A stretch of 50,582 bases of DNA, taken from a virus. Within the stretch, counting starts at the first letter, position 1; each line of letters opens with the position of its first letter. The stretch lies in the IMG/VR virus record IMGVR_UViG_3300023235_000014. One strand, 5' to 3'. The position numbers and the translations under genes were made by a program. Below, one piece after another: positions 36,599 through 46,277 of the stretch. Under the pieces are notes generated by a model. It saw only the letters and a list, made by a program, of their open reading frames with translations. It was not told where the DNA came from and searched no databases.

Positions 36599-37084
36599 AT
36601 GTCTGGAACAGTGTTTCATTTTGAAAGTTTTGATATTGACGTTTTCAGCGGTCGGGAAATTGATCTAGACTGCTGGAGATATGCATGTAAGGCATTCGGC
36701 CTTCGCAAGATGTGCATGATTGACAAAGTGCCTGGCGGCACTCAGGTAGCTATGCGTGATACTGAAATACAATTTGAAAAGTTCTCTTCACTGAAAGAGT
36801 TTGAGGCTGCACACTTGGACGATACTCTAATTTACCTAGAGACCGCATGGGTGTTTACAGACCGAGACCTACCTGTTCCAACGTTCCTCAAAGACTTTAA
36901 GCACCCAGCTGATGAAAACACCTGGTACATATTTGGCCCAGCCATGGGCTTTGCTCCAGAGGTTGATAGCACAAGAACTTGGGTCTCAATTCTTCAGGAT
37001 GGTCGTGGGGCAATGCACAGTGTTCATGTTGCACCAATAGTCTTACGTGACCGCTTTCTGAAAACTAGCGGAAATAACAGTTAA
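36599..37084 (+). CDS. Hypothetical protein (161 aa)
   Basis: GGAG SD 8 nt upstream. A palindromic operator-like site lies upstream of it. Confidence 0.5.
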   Translation: MSGTVFHFESFDIDVFSGREIDLDCWRYACKAFGLRKMCMIDKVPGGTQVAMRDTEIQFEKFSSLKEFEAAHLDDTLIYLETAWVFTDRDLPVPTFLKDFKHPADENTWYIFGPAMGFAPEVDSTRTWVSILQDGRGAMHSVHVAPIVLRDRFLKTSGNNS

Positions 37085-37542
37085 TGGTTGCGCCTACAGT
37101 CACGGCTATTTCTACTCTAATCAACGATGCTGATTCAGCAACTGGGTGGTCAGGTGGTTCTTTGGATACTGACTCCGAAGTGCAGGGCACGGGGTGCATT
37201 GGCAGTAAGGTTTCAAACTCCACCGTTAATTTCATTTATGACGCCTCAGGCGAACCAGATGCTCCATTCGATTTCTCATCAGGCGGGGCTTTCTTTGGCC
37301 AAGGCATTTATGTTTGGCTGAACTGTCTAACGCCCACATTGGATACTTTTACAAACGGAGGCCTTCGAATTTATGTTGGTGATGGAACAAACGCAGGGGT
37401 GTGGTATGTTGCTGGGTCAGATGCAAACTACAGTGGAGGCTGGAAGAACTTTGTTGTAGATCCAAGTCGAGATTTTGACGAGATTATTGCTGGAACTTGG
37501 ACCTTGGCACAATATGATCCTGCAAATGGCTTTACAGGTTAG
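37084..37542 (+). CDS. Beta-rich Gly/Ser/Thr protein (152 aa), probable tail/fibre-associated
   Basis: TAATG coupling. The composition is typical of receptor-binding or collar domains. Confidence 0.45.
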   Translation: MVAPTVTAISTLINDADSATGWSGGSLDTDSEVQGTGCIGSKVSNSTVNFIYDASGEPDAPFDFSSGGAFFGQGIYVWLNCLTPTLDTFTNGGLRIYVGDGTNAGVWYVAGSDANYSGGWKNFVVDPSRDFDEIIAGTWTLAQYDPANGFTG

Positions 37543-37551
37543 AGTTTATAA

Positions 37552-38682
37552 GTGTACTTCACCAGATCAGATACAGGTTTCAGAGTATGGTTTCAAGTTG
37601 TTCGTAATAATGGGCTGCTTAGGACCGACATTACTGGCAGCGACTTTACAGCCCTGGTCGTAGATGCAAGCGATACAACCTCATCACAAATGGTGGTCAC
37701 GCAAAGCCAACAAAAGGCAGGCTTGTACCGTTTTGACGTCCCATCAGTCTTCCTCGTGTCTAATGGTAGTGGCGAATATGGTGTAAGTGTAGAGCTGGAC
37801 ACCTCTTCGCCTCCTCACGTCACCACCGCCTTTTCTGAAATCCTCAAGGTGTCCGAAGATGACTTCAATTCCCTGAGTGGCTCAATCCAGATAGGTGAAG
37901 TCTCCGCTTCCTTTACAGTTGATGTAGACTCAATTGTTTCTGGTGTTTGGAGTGCGGTGACCTCGACGTTCAACTTGTCGGGCACAATGGGCTACATTCA
38001 AAACCAGACGTTCACAAACTCAACAACCATTCTTCAGGACACCCTGTTGCTTATTTCTGGTGTGAATGCTATCCTTGGGCAAACAACAGACATACAGAAC
38101 ATTGTTGCCTCGGGTTCAGTTGAAATAAGCTTAGACTCAATTAATACATTCGTCAGCTCCGTGTGGCAAACAAATGATGTAACATTCAATACCTCAGGCA
38201 CGATGGGCTTCCTTCAGAATCTGATAGACGACATTCGCTTTGAAACAAGTCAGACACTGAATAATACTACAAATATTGCAAATGGAGTCACTGCGAGTCT
38301 AACAACCGAGTCAATCGCTTCAGTAGTTTCGGGTGTGTGGTCAGCTGCCTCGGGTGTGTATGACGCCTCGGGAACCATGGGATTCTTGCAGAACCAAATT
38401 GGAGCTACAGAGATTTCAGCTTCGGTATCGATTAACGAACAGGCGATTGCTAACGCCGTATGGAATACCCTTACTTCCTCAATGACCACCTCGGGTTCTG
38501 CTGGTGCTGTCCTGTTCACGCAAACCGATGCGCTTGCTACCAAGATCTGTGAAATTTATCAGATACTCGGATTAGAGCTTGGTGCCCCGCTTACAGTAAG
38601 TGATGTACAACGAACCGTTGCAGCCATTACTCAGAGTATCTCGTGTGTTGGTGACGTAGTGACTGTCACAAGGACTTCCTGA
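37552..38682 (+). CDS. Fibre-like protein (376 aa) with three internal roughly 75-aa repeats (…SGVWSA…SGTMGF/YLQNQ…)
   Basis: Repeats SIVSGVWSAVTSTFNLSGTMGYIQNQ, TFVSSVWQTNDVTFNTSGTMGFLQNL and SVVSGVWSAASGVYDASGTMGFLQNQ. Confidence 0.55.
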   Translation: MYFTRSDTGFRVWFQVVRNNGLLRTDITGSDFTALVVDASDTTSSQMVVTQSQQKAGLYRFDVPSVFLVSNGSGEYGVSVELDTSSPPHVTTAFSEILKVSEDDFNSLSGSIQIGEVSASFTVDVDSIVSGVWSAVTSTFNLSGTMGYIQNQTFTNSTTILQDTLLLISGVNAILGQTTDIQNIVASGSVEISLDSINTFVSSVWQTNDVTFNTSGTMGFLQNLIDDIRFETSQTLNNTTNIANGVTASLTTESIASVVSGVWSAASGVYDASGTMGFLQNQIGATEISASVSINEQAIANAVWNTLTSSMTTSGSAGAVLFTQTDALATKICEIYQILGLELGAPLTVSDVQRTVAAITQSISCVGDVVTVTRTS

Positions 38683-39176
38683 TGGCAGGCTCTGGCACGT
38701 ACATCATTGACCCGCTGTCGATTGCGACGCAGGGTTATAGAAACAAACAAGGCAAATGCCCGTTTCCCATCAGCCTGGCTACCCTGGGTCTCCTCACGCC
38801 TAGAGCAGATGTCGAAGAATTAGTCCGCAAAAGACTTGCGGGCGGACGTGGCGTGGCCATTGGTTTCAAAAGCACAGTACCTCGTAGAAAACCAGAGTTT
38901 GAATACGATCTGACGATTAAAGCTGCGTTCAGAAAAGTGAACGACGAAGAGGTGGACCAAGACCTGGTCGTAAAGCGTTATAGGGATTCCCACAAGCCCA
39001 TTGAAGTTGGTATTCGACACCTGGTCCATAGGAATGAAGAAATCGAACTGGGGCTTTATGAGGTAATCGCAACCTCTGTCAGGCCAAAGATTAAAGTAGA
39101 CAACGTAAAACTTGTTCCACTCAGAACTATCGTTTCTTCGTCAATCATACTTCGGAACAAAAAGAAGAAAAAGTAA
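38682..39176 (+). CDS. Hypothetical protein (164 aa)
   Basis: Coupled ATG (ATGA) to the upstream gene. Confidence 0.5.
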   Translation: MAGSGTYIIDPLSIATQGYRNKQGKCPFPISLATLGLLTPRADVEELVRKRLAGGRGVAIGFKSTVPRRKPEFEYDLTIKAAFRKVNDEEVDQDLVVKRYRDSHKPIEVGIRHLVHRNEEIELGLYEVIATSVRPKIKVDNVKLVPLRTIVSSSIILRNKKKKK

Positions 39177-39214
39177 CCTGGACAGCTTAGGCTTACTTAC
39201 ATACAGGAGCCCCA

Positions 39215-39688
39215 ATGTCCGAAATGCCACTTCTGCTTCTATCTCCAACCACAGAGAACAAGATAGAATTTGCTGTTCATGTTGAAGGAACGATGTCAAC
39301 AGCACTTGCCAGCCCATTCGTACGGCTTATTCTTCAAGAAGAGGGCGGGCGGAACGCTTGGTACTTCCCAACAAGAAAATTGGGGGATGGTCTGTATGAA
39401 TCAACCGTAAGATTAGCACCCCAATCTATAACCTCAAAAATGTACAGAGCGTATATTGAAGTCATAATGCACGACTACTACTTTGTACCTGTTGAATCCC
39501 TGGCTCGTTTTGATACTGAGATCAAAGAACCAACTGTTACTATGACTGAACTAAAAGGGTTTAAACGTCGGTATACCACTTCATCTCCCATAATTCGAGT
39601 AAATGAAGGCAAAGGTATGCCTCGGATAAGTGTGACTGTTGGCGACGTTCAAGTAACCAGCAAGAAAAAGACCTTAAGTCGGGACTAA
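39215..39688 (+). CDS. Hypothetical protein (157 aa)
   Basis: ORF with SD AGGAGCC upstream. Confidence 0.5.
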   Translation: MSEMPLLLLSPTTENKIEFAVHVEGTMSTALASPFVRLILQEEGGRNAWYFPTRKLGDGLYESTVRLAPQSITSKMYRAYIEVIMHDYYFVPVESLARFDTEIKEPTVTMTELKGFKRRYTTSSPIIRVNEGKGMPRISVTVGDVQVTSKKKTLSRD

Positions 39689-40291
39689 CTCAATTTCGAT
39701 TGAGACTCCTGGGAACTCTGCCACTAATTCCCTGGCAGCTTCTATATTCTCGACATTGTCGTCAAAGAACCGAAGAATCTTTAGTCCTCGCTGTAGGATT
39801 TTATTTTTGAGGTAGCTTTTCTTACGTGAAGAATTGATTCGGCCTACATCACCCCTGGGGTCTGCATCGCCAATGGCAACTATCTCGATATCTGGCAACC
39901 CCAAAGTTCCCATGAGATCAATGACTGGGTTCGCATCTGGTCTTGCCGTACAAATTGAAACTCCGTGGGGACCAAGCCGAGCATAGTCTTCCAACATCTG
40001 ATCCAGATGTGGAAGCCCCACTGGGTCTACGAGTTTGCCAAAGTCGCTTAGATCAAATTTCTCATGGGACTCCAAGTGACATTCGTGAAATTCATGTGGG
40101 TGGAGTTCCCGTCGATCGCCCGTATCGTTATTTATGACATGAATCACACCCTCGGTCTTTATAAGAGTGTCATCGAAATCATAAACGTTCAACTCATCAG
40201 GATATGAATGAGCCATCTCGGTCAGAACCTCACTGAGACATTCGTCAATCATGCCTTCTAATTTTTTTGACATATAATCTTTGTCCTGCAT
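39674..40291 (-). CDS. HAD-superfamily phosphatase (possible nucleotidase)
   Basis: Motif I VYDFDDTLI (DxDxT), motif II ICTARP, and later K and FFDDN (motif IV Dx3-4D). The exact start is ambiguous (Met at 40291, 40273 or 40252). Confidence 0.6.
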   Translation of the reverse strand: MQDKDYMSKKLEGMIDECLSEVLTEMAHSYPDELNVYDFDDTLIKTEGVIHVINNDTGDRRELHPHEFHECHLESHEKFDLSDFGKLVDPVGLPHLDQMLEDYARLGPHGVSICTARPDANPVIDLMGTLGLPDIEIVAIGDADPRGDVGRINSSRKKSYLKNKILQRGLKILRFFDDNVENIEAARELVAEFPGVSIEIELVPT

Positions 40292-40451
40292 CGTATATCT
40301 TGTACCACCCTAACTCCTTAGCATGTTCTGCTTGTCTTAAACCCCTCTTATCCATGTTAGCACGACATTTAAGTCTGTTGAACGTATTTGTGCCGTCAGT
40401 CCATTTCCAGCCCAGTGCCTCTCTTGTTTCTTCAAAACCTTTATTGAGCAA
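40245..40451 (-). CDS. Small ORF (68 aa) carrying the intact version of the dispersed module (…MDKRGLRQAEHAKELGWYKIYDAGQRLYVKKIRRHD)
   Basis: Homologous to the frameshifted copy at 28036..28231. Overlaps the HAD gene start by 47 nt. Confidence 0.45.
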   Translation of the reverse strand: MLNKGFEETREALGWKWTDGTNTFNRLKCRANMDKRGLRQAEHAKELGWYKIYDAGQRLYVKKIRRHD

Positions 40452-40552
40452 GTGTCTGCCTGTGCCATATCGAAGATCTACCCAGTTGTGGATTTCAATT
40501 GTTTTCTTTATCAGTTATTCGTTGTTGAGAGAACCTGGCCATATTTAAAAGC

Positions 40553-41830
40553 ATGTCAACGTTCCTAACCACTCTTAGACCGACCCCATTTGGTTTTTTT
40601 GATTCTGACCCAATCTTTCAACAAGATGCCGATAAAGTTGTCTTCTTTGTCTTAAGGAAACTCGGGGAAGATGTTCTGAGTGTGGAGCTTACAAAAAAGA
40701 TGGTCTGGGCATGCTTCGAAGAAGCTACTCTGGCCTTCAACTCCCTAATCATAGAATACCAGGCTAAATCAAATCTTGTAACCTTACTAGGCTCTCCCAC
40801 AGGTTCCGTTGACCCAAACAACCCTACAAACAATACGGCAAACCTTTCTGTCAACCTTACTGATGTCTATGTACGTCCAAACTTTGAGTTCCTAATCCGT
40901 CAAGCAGAACCATACGCATCTGAAGTTGGTTTTGGTCAGTCCCTGGATAGTTACAGCGGCTCTATTAACCTCAAGACTGGTGTACAGGATTATGACCTTT
41001 ACACAGCATTGCAAGATGCAGGCGGCACTCCTCTTAGTTCGTACATGACCTCGGGTAGTCAAGGACGTATGAAGGTCGTCGAGGTTTTCCACAACGGACC
41101 AATCCAATTCGTTTACAACTCTAACCTGGCTAGCAACTTTGTCGCTTCAGGTATGCCTGTGGAATCTTTTGTTCCAGATACTCGTTTCTATGTGCTGCCG
41201 CTTTTTGAAGATATTTTGCGTGGCCAAATGATGGAAACAGCACAACGGGTAAGACGCTCGCACTATAGATACCGTCTTTCTGGTCGAAATATCCGAATCT
41301 ATCCTGCTCCCACAAACCTACTCCCAGGTTTCACAGACAAACTCTGGATTCGTGTGGCCTTCCCACCTTCAGCTGCACCTGGCATCGTCGGTACTGACTT
41401 CGTTAGTGGTACTCTCGGTCTCAATAGCGGACAGAATGCCGCCATCCCCGATGGAACCCTCTTCGGTGTCTCCCATCCAGCCAATATCCCATTCGGCCTG
41501 ATCAACTACTCAACCCTAAACCCTTGGGCCAAACACTGGATCTACCAATACACACTCGCCCTTGCTCGTGAGCTTCTTGGGCTCGTCCGCAACAAGTTCA
41601 AAAACTTCCCAATCCCAAATGCTGAACTCACACTCAATGGTGACGACCTCGTCGCCCAAGGACGTGAAGACAAAGCTAGCCTGCTATACGGTGAAGGTGG
41701 GCTCTCACAAAAACTAGACAACCTAACCTATGATAAACTCGCAGAAATCGAAGCCAATAAGGCCGAGTTCCAACTAAAACAACTTCAGATGATGCCTATG
41801 CCACCGAAATATGTTATAAGCTTTGGTTGA
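40553..41830 (+). CDS. Hypothetical protein (425 aa), possibly a structural protein
   Basis: Long ORF. No diagnostic motif. Confidence 0.55.
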   Translation: MSTFLTTLRPTPFGFFDSDPIFQQDADKVVFFVLRKLGEDVLSVELTKKMVWACFEEATLAFNSLIIEYQAKSNLVTLLGSPTGSVDPNNPTNNTANLSVNLTDVYVRPNFEFLIRQAEPYASEVGFGQSLDSYSGSINLKTGVQDYDLYTALQDAGGTPLSSYMTSGSQGRMKVVEVFHNGPIQFVYNSNLASNFVASGMPVESFVPDTRFYVLPLFEDILRGQMMETAQRVRRSHYRYRLSGRNIRIYPAPTNLLPGFTDKLWIRVAFPPSAAPGIVGTDFVSGTLGLNSGQNAAIPDGTLFGVSHPANIPFGLINYSTLNPWAKHWIYQYTLALARELLGLVRNKFKNFPIPNAELTLNGDDLVAQGREDKASLLYGEGGLSQKLDNLTYDKLAEIEANKAEFQLKQLQMMPMPPKYVISFG

Positions 41831-41904
41831 CCAGCTAAGTACTTGATATCATTGAGGTTTTCAGCCTAGGATATTACAAACGCACCTCAAAACGCCTATT
41901 CTAA

Positions 41905-42099
41905 GGGCTCAGCGGATACAACGAGTCACGTGAGTTGACGAAGAAGCCAGATTTGGTTGGACCTGACGGGACTGTATATAGGGATGTGAGGAACCTTGCT
42001 GCATTTGCGAGGGAGCATGATTTGGACACGAGTGGTGCTTACAAGCTTATGAGTGGAAAATTGAAGAAGCATCGAGGGTTTCGACTATTTACTTCATGA
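41905..42099 (+). pseudogene. Orphan fragment of a GIY-YIG-type homing endonuclease DNA-binding repeat (no start codon)
   Basis: Open frame GLSGYNESRELTKKPDLVGPDGTVYRDVRNLAAFAREHDLDTSGAYKLMSGKLKKHRGFRLFTS*. It aligns with the two C-terminal repeats of the GIY-YIG protein at about 45648..46277 (VLVDSNGNKHGPIVGLGAFARKHGMFKENLSTLIKGRLKSYKGWRL). Confidence 0.6.
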
Positions 42100-42299
42100 G
42101 ATGCCCAATTCTTTAAAACAACTCATTGAATCGGTGGTCAGAGATGTGTTCCTTGAAGCTGGGTCCCGTTGATCAGGGCCAATCCCTCCTTGGCTTGCAG
42201 GGTGACGGGCGAGAGTCCCAGAGCAACTGCTAAAATGACATGGCTACAAACTATGGCTCTTGCAACATACTGACAAGTACAACCTGGCAAAGGAAAAAA

Positions 42300-42536
42300 A
42301 TGTACATTGACAAAGAATACGTAAACGACATGAACCACAAGCTTAACAACGAGGAAAGCATTTCTGAGAAGACATATTGGTTTAACCTTATGACTCGTCA
42401 TAAGGTTCTCAACACAAAAGAAGCCATTGATTTGGTGAAAGGTCTTGAGAAAAGTGGGTTTGAGGTAACAGAAGACGAGAAGGCAATTTTAGGCAAAGCC
42501 TTCAAGGTCTTTACAGGTAAGAAGTTGACGTTCTAA
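42300..42536 (+). CDS. Hypothetical small protein (78 aa from the ATG at 42300)
   Basis: AAGGA SD upstream of the ATG. Followed by a strong terminator. Confidence 0.45.
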   Translation: MYIDKEYVNDMNHKLNNEESISEKTYWFNLMTRHKVLNTKEAIDLVKGLEKSGFEVTEDEKAILGKAFKVFTGKKLTF

Positions 42537-42568
42537 TTTCCAGCTTATTTGATTGATAAGAATTTGAG

Positions 42569-42599
42569 ACCCGTGCCTAAGCACGGGTTTTCTTTTTTG
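42569..42599 (+). terminator. Rho-independent terminator (ACCCGTGC-CTAA-GCACGGGT then TTTCTTTTTTG)
   Basis: Perfect 8-bp GC-rich stem followed by a long T-run. Confidence 0.8.
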
Positions 42600-42609
42600 T
42601 TGGGTCCAA

Positions 42610-43380
42610 GTGTCCAGGTATGGATATTTACCTCATGGTATGCCCAACAAATTTTTAGAAAAGCTAATTGAGTCGATGGTTGGACAGATCCTTCTAGAGA
42701 CTTCCCCAGAGGCTCCCAAGAATTCCATTGCAGGTGAATACCTCTGGGCTGACCCTATGAATGGAGTCCGTAGGGATGATGCAGTTGAGAAAGACTCGGA
42801 AGATGAAGTAAAAGCCCTCAGAGGGATACAAGGCTGGTATATCACTGGCTTACAAGGGCCAATCAAGAAAGCTCTACCAGTGATCCAACAGCTTGTTGAC
42901 GAAGGACATTACAAAAAATACTTCAATCCTCCCAACACGCCTATGTACAGGTGGCTTAGCAGGATGGAACCAACAACGGTTGCCAAGGTATTCAATTTGG
43001 ATATCGACGAACTGTTGGCAAATAAGAACCAGGTTCAAGTATTTGGCCCAGGAACTCTCAGAGCCCAAAGAGGTAAAAGCGTAACAAGCTGGACTGTTGA
43101 ACCTTCCTTGGAAATGCTCAAGCAGATGTCGAGCCCACGCCCATATTACACGACTGTCTTAGTGAAAGCCAGGCCAAATTTTGGAGGAAACAATTTCCTT
43201 TTGAACCCCACAGAACTCCTTAGGACATTTGACCCAGAATTGTTTTCATCATTCTTAGAAGAGGAAATGGAAACTATTGCCGTTGGTGATGTGCACTATG
43301 AGTCCGTTGTCGTGCTATATATTGACAAGGCTCTTGACAGCGAAGAAGAAGCCATCCAGAAAATGATTGCAGCCATTTAG
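42610..43380 (+). CDS. Hypothetical protein (256 aa; GTG start, or the ATG at 42640)
   Basis: ORF. Confidence 0.5.
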   Translation: MSRYGYLPHGMPNKFLEKLIESMVGQILLETSPEAPKNSIAGEYLWADPMNGVRRDDAVEKDSEDEVKALRGIQGWYITGLQGPIKKALPVIQQLVDEGHYKKYFNPPNTPMYRWLSRMEPTTVAKVFNLDIDELLANKNQVQVFGPGTLRAQRGKSVTSWTVEPSLEMLKQMSSPRPYYTTVLVKARPNFGGNNFLLNPTELLRTFDPELFSSFLEEEMETIAVGDVHYESVVVLYIDKALDSEEEAIQKMIAAI

Positions 43381-43402
43381 CGCATATTTAGTAGAAGACA
43401 CC

Positions 43403-43909
43403 ATGAAAATAACAAAAACACAATTGAAAAAACTCATTCGTGAGACAGTTAGAGAACAGCTAGAGGAGATATCTTCTAGTCCACAGGACGCATTTAACAG
43501 ACTTGAGGAACTCAGAAAGTATGATAGTTTGTTTTACTACTTTAAAAATGCAGGTAGTGACACACTGTCCAAGATTTTTGAACTCAGAGATGAATCTGTA
43601 GACTACAGCGAGTTCTACAAAAAAGTTGGTCCTGGAGAATATGACCGAAGGACAGGCAATTACATCAAGAATAACAAATTTGGCATGCGACCAAAAGCTG
43701 CCAAAATGTTTTGGGAACTTGACCTCTCGTTCAGTGAAGCAGAGTCACTTTTTGCTGAGTATCAGGAGCTTGAAGACCGCTTTGAGCAAAAGTCGGGCGG
43801 CGACCAGGCAGATGCAGTGTATGGACGTCGCAGAACCGTAGTGATCGATAAGCTGACTGGCGAAAAGGTTTCCTCGAAGACAGACCGTCGAGGCTCACTC
43901 GGGACCTGA
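43403..43909 (+). CDS. Hypothetical protein (start at ATG 43403, MKITKTQLKK...)
   Basis: AGAAGACACC upstream. The track start at 43367 overlaps the upstream gene. Confidence 0.5.
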   Translation: MKITKTQLKKLIRETVREQLEEISSSPQDAFNRLEELRKYDSLFYYFKNAGSDTLSKIFELRDESVDYSEFYKKVGPGEYDRRTGNYIKNNKFGMRPKAAKMFWELDLSFSEAESLFAEYQELEDRFEQKSGGDQADAVYGRRRTVVIDKLTGEKVSSKTDRRGSLGT

Positions 43910-43919
43910 GATTTCTCTT

Positions 43920-45578
43920 ATGTCGAATTTAGAACTGCTGCTCGAAGAACTATTGTTTGAAGGGCGTTTTGAAGATGCGCAGAAGAAATATCCAGACGCA
44001 TCTGACGAACTGGCTCATCTAAAAGCGGCTGGTGTTGACTCGAAGTTTGCCCAGTGGTTTGCCAAGAAGTGGTCCGAACTTGACATTGGAGTTAAGAGAG
44101 AAGAGACAATGGACAGCATTGCTCAGGCTTTCAAATTCTACAATGACCTACTCAAGAAGAAACTTGTTCCAGAGCCAAAAAACAGGGACATAAACAGCTT
44201 TCCAGATTGGGAGACGTGGATTAGCTTTGTCGGACACATGGAAGAAAAAATGCGGCGGCGCAAAGAAGAAGATACTCGTGCTGACGACAAGGAAGTCATT
44301 TACAAAGACAACCAGTTCCTAATCATCCAGCCGAATTCTTCTGAGGCCTCGTGTAAATTCGGCAAGGGGACAAGGTGGTGCATCTCGGCCAAAGAAAACA
44401 ACATGTTTGACAGCTACGCATCGAAAGGAGCTGACTTCTATTTCATCATTGATAGGAAGACAGACGACAAAGATGCTTTAGCCACCTATCCGTCGGGCGA
44501 TAACAACATGGTAGAAGTGTTCAACTCAGCTGACGAACAGTTTGATTTTCCCTACCTACTAAACAAGTACCCTGAAAATTTGCATGACATCCTTTACAGC
44601 CTAGCTTATGGGGAAGAACAGGCGAAAAACCTTAAACAATTTATGGACGACCCTGTGGGCAGGCTGATGCAGCTTGAACCTACTGAAGCGGCCGTGTCAA
44701 GTTTCTACCATGAGAACCTAGAAACTTTCGGAGAGGACGCTATAATCCAGGTGGCTGCCAAAATACTTGCAGAGATGGAAACCGAGGAACTTCCGACGCA
44801 ACTGGCTGAGTTCGTGCATCAAGTGGGCTGGAATTTTGACAGCGATGAGACTTCTGTTCAAGCGTTATGGAAATTATATGGAGCTTCCAGGAAATTCCTG
44901 AATGCACAATCGGAGTACCTTGACTGGAATGGTCCGATAGCACTGGCAGCCTTTGCAGGCCTAGCCAGAAGGGCAAATGTAAATTCCATCGGAGCGCTTC
45001 TCCAATTTGTCAAGGAGGCGAACTTCTTGTCAGCGGCTTTCATTGGCACGCAAAACGAAGGTGCGGCTAGCAGTGCCGTTGGCTACATCCTCAGAAGGCC
45101 AAGAAGTCCTGAATTGGTATTTCAATTAGCTCAAGCAGACCCTAAAGCCTTCAGTGATTTTATAGTTCACGCTTACGACTTCTGGCCTACTTGGGGCAAT
45201 GGCATTGCCTACTCTAGGTGGGTTGGTGACTACCTCGCTGGTAAACATGGTATCGAGCCGAAAACTGCTGCCAGTTTCGTAGGACATTTACCTACCCTGT
45301 GGGAAGTTTACACAGAATCAGTTGAGGAAGGTAATGCAGATAACTTCAAAAAGTTCCTCCCTACAATGTTGTCAATTGCAAACAAGTATCCCATCGGCAC
45401 AAAAGAAGAAACCATTAAACATATGGATTTGTTTATGCAGCTTATTCTTGAAACCCAGGGAAAAAGAAATGCACTTATTGGTGGGAATCTATTGAAACAG
45501 TATAACGAGGCGCACGTACGAGCAGCCAGGCTACTAAGAGATGACATGAAACGTTTCTTCCCTGAGTTGATTCGCTAG
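43920..45578 (+). CDS. Hypothetical protein (552 aa)
   Basis: Long ORF. The TAG stop is followed in frame by the GIY-YIG ORF. Confidence 0.55.
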   Translation: MSNLELLLEELLFEGRFEDAQKKYPDASDELAHLKAAGVDSKFAQWFAKKWSELDIGVKREETMDSIAQAFKFYNDLLKKKLVPEPKNRDINSFPDWETWISFVGHMEEKMRRRKEEDTRADDKEVIYKDNQFLIIQPNSSEASCKFGKGTRWCISAKENNMFDSYASKGADFYFIIDRKTDDKDALATYPSGDNNMVEVFNSADEQFDFPYLLNKYPENLHDILYSLAYGEEQAKNLKQFMDDPVGRLMQLEPTEAAVSSFYHENLETFGEDAIIQVAAKILAEMETEELPTQLAEFVHQVGWNFDSDETSVQALWKLYGASRKFLNAQSEYLDWNGPIALAAFAGLARRANVNSIGALLQFVKEANFLSAAFIGTQNEGAASSAVGYILRRPRSPELVFQLAQADPKAFSDFIVHAYDFWPTWGNGIAYSRWVGDYLAGKHGIEPKTAASFVGHLPTLWEVYTESVEEGNADNFKKFLPTMLSIANKYPIGTKEETIKHMDLFMQLILETQGKRNALIGGNLLKQYNEAHVRAARLLRDDMKRFFPELIR

Positions 45579-45647
45579 CGCTCACTAATTACCTGTAGGC
45601 CAGGAGACACCATCGCACGTTTATTCACAACTCCACTTCCTAGTCGG

Positions 45648-46277
45648 ATTTATTACATCGACGATGAAACCAATGGGAAAAAGTATGTTGGCAGCGCCAT
45701 CAACCTGCCACGAAGAAAAAGCCAGCACTTCAGTGCTCTACGGAAGAAGAATCACTCAAATCCGCAACTCCAAGCGTGCTTCAACAAAGGCCACGAATTA
45801 GAATTCGTTGTTGCTGAGTTGTGCAAGGAAGATGAATTACTTGCTTGTGAACAAAAGTATCTAGATGAAATGTGGGACAACGGGAAAACCTGCTTCAACG
45901 TTTCGCCTGATGCTTTACGAAACATCAACGGAGTGAAAACGTTTGATATTGTTCTGGTTGACTCAAATGGAAACAAGCATGGTCCAATCGTAGGCCTTGG
46001 CGCTTTCGCTCGCAAGCACGGGATGTTTAAGGAGAATCTAAGCACGCTCATCAAAGGCCGCCTAAAGTCTTACAAGGGATGGCGGTTGGATGACGGGCTT
46101 TCAAAAAGACCGCAGTCTCGTAAAAAGGGCCGAAGCTTTATTTCTCCGTCAGGGAAAATCCACGAAAACGTAAAAAACATGACAGAATTTGCCGAGCGAT
46201 TTAAATTGCATTATTCTGGGTTTAGCAAATTAGCAAGAGGGCGCCTGCGTACTTATCGTGGCTGGAGATTAGCATGA
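45648..46277 (+). CDS. GIY-YIG homing endonuclease with two C-terminal DNA-binding repeats; no canonical start codon
   Basis: The frame opens at 45579, right after the TAG of the upstream gene, in the same frame. IYYIDDETNGKKYVGSAINLPRRKSQHFSALRKK is the GIY...YIG motif with the catalytic R. There is no ATG, GTG or TTG between 45579 and the motif; the first in-frame TTG is at 45819. The C-terminal repeats end in ...GRLKSYKGWRL and ...GRLRTYRGWRL. Confidence 0.7.
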   Translation: MYYIDDETNGKKYVGSAINLPRRKSQHFSALRKKNHSNPQLQACFNKGHELEFVVAELCKEDELLACEQKYLDEMWDNGKTCFNVSPDALRNINGVKTFDIVLVDSNGNKHGPIVGLGAFARKHGMFKENLSTLIKGRLKSYKGWRLDDGLSKRPQSRKKGRSFISPSGKIHENVKNMTEFAERFKLHYSGFSKLARGRLRTYRGWRLA

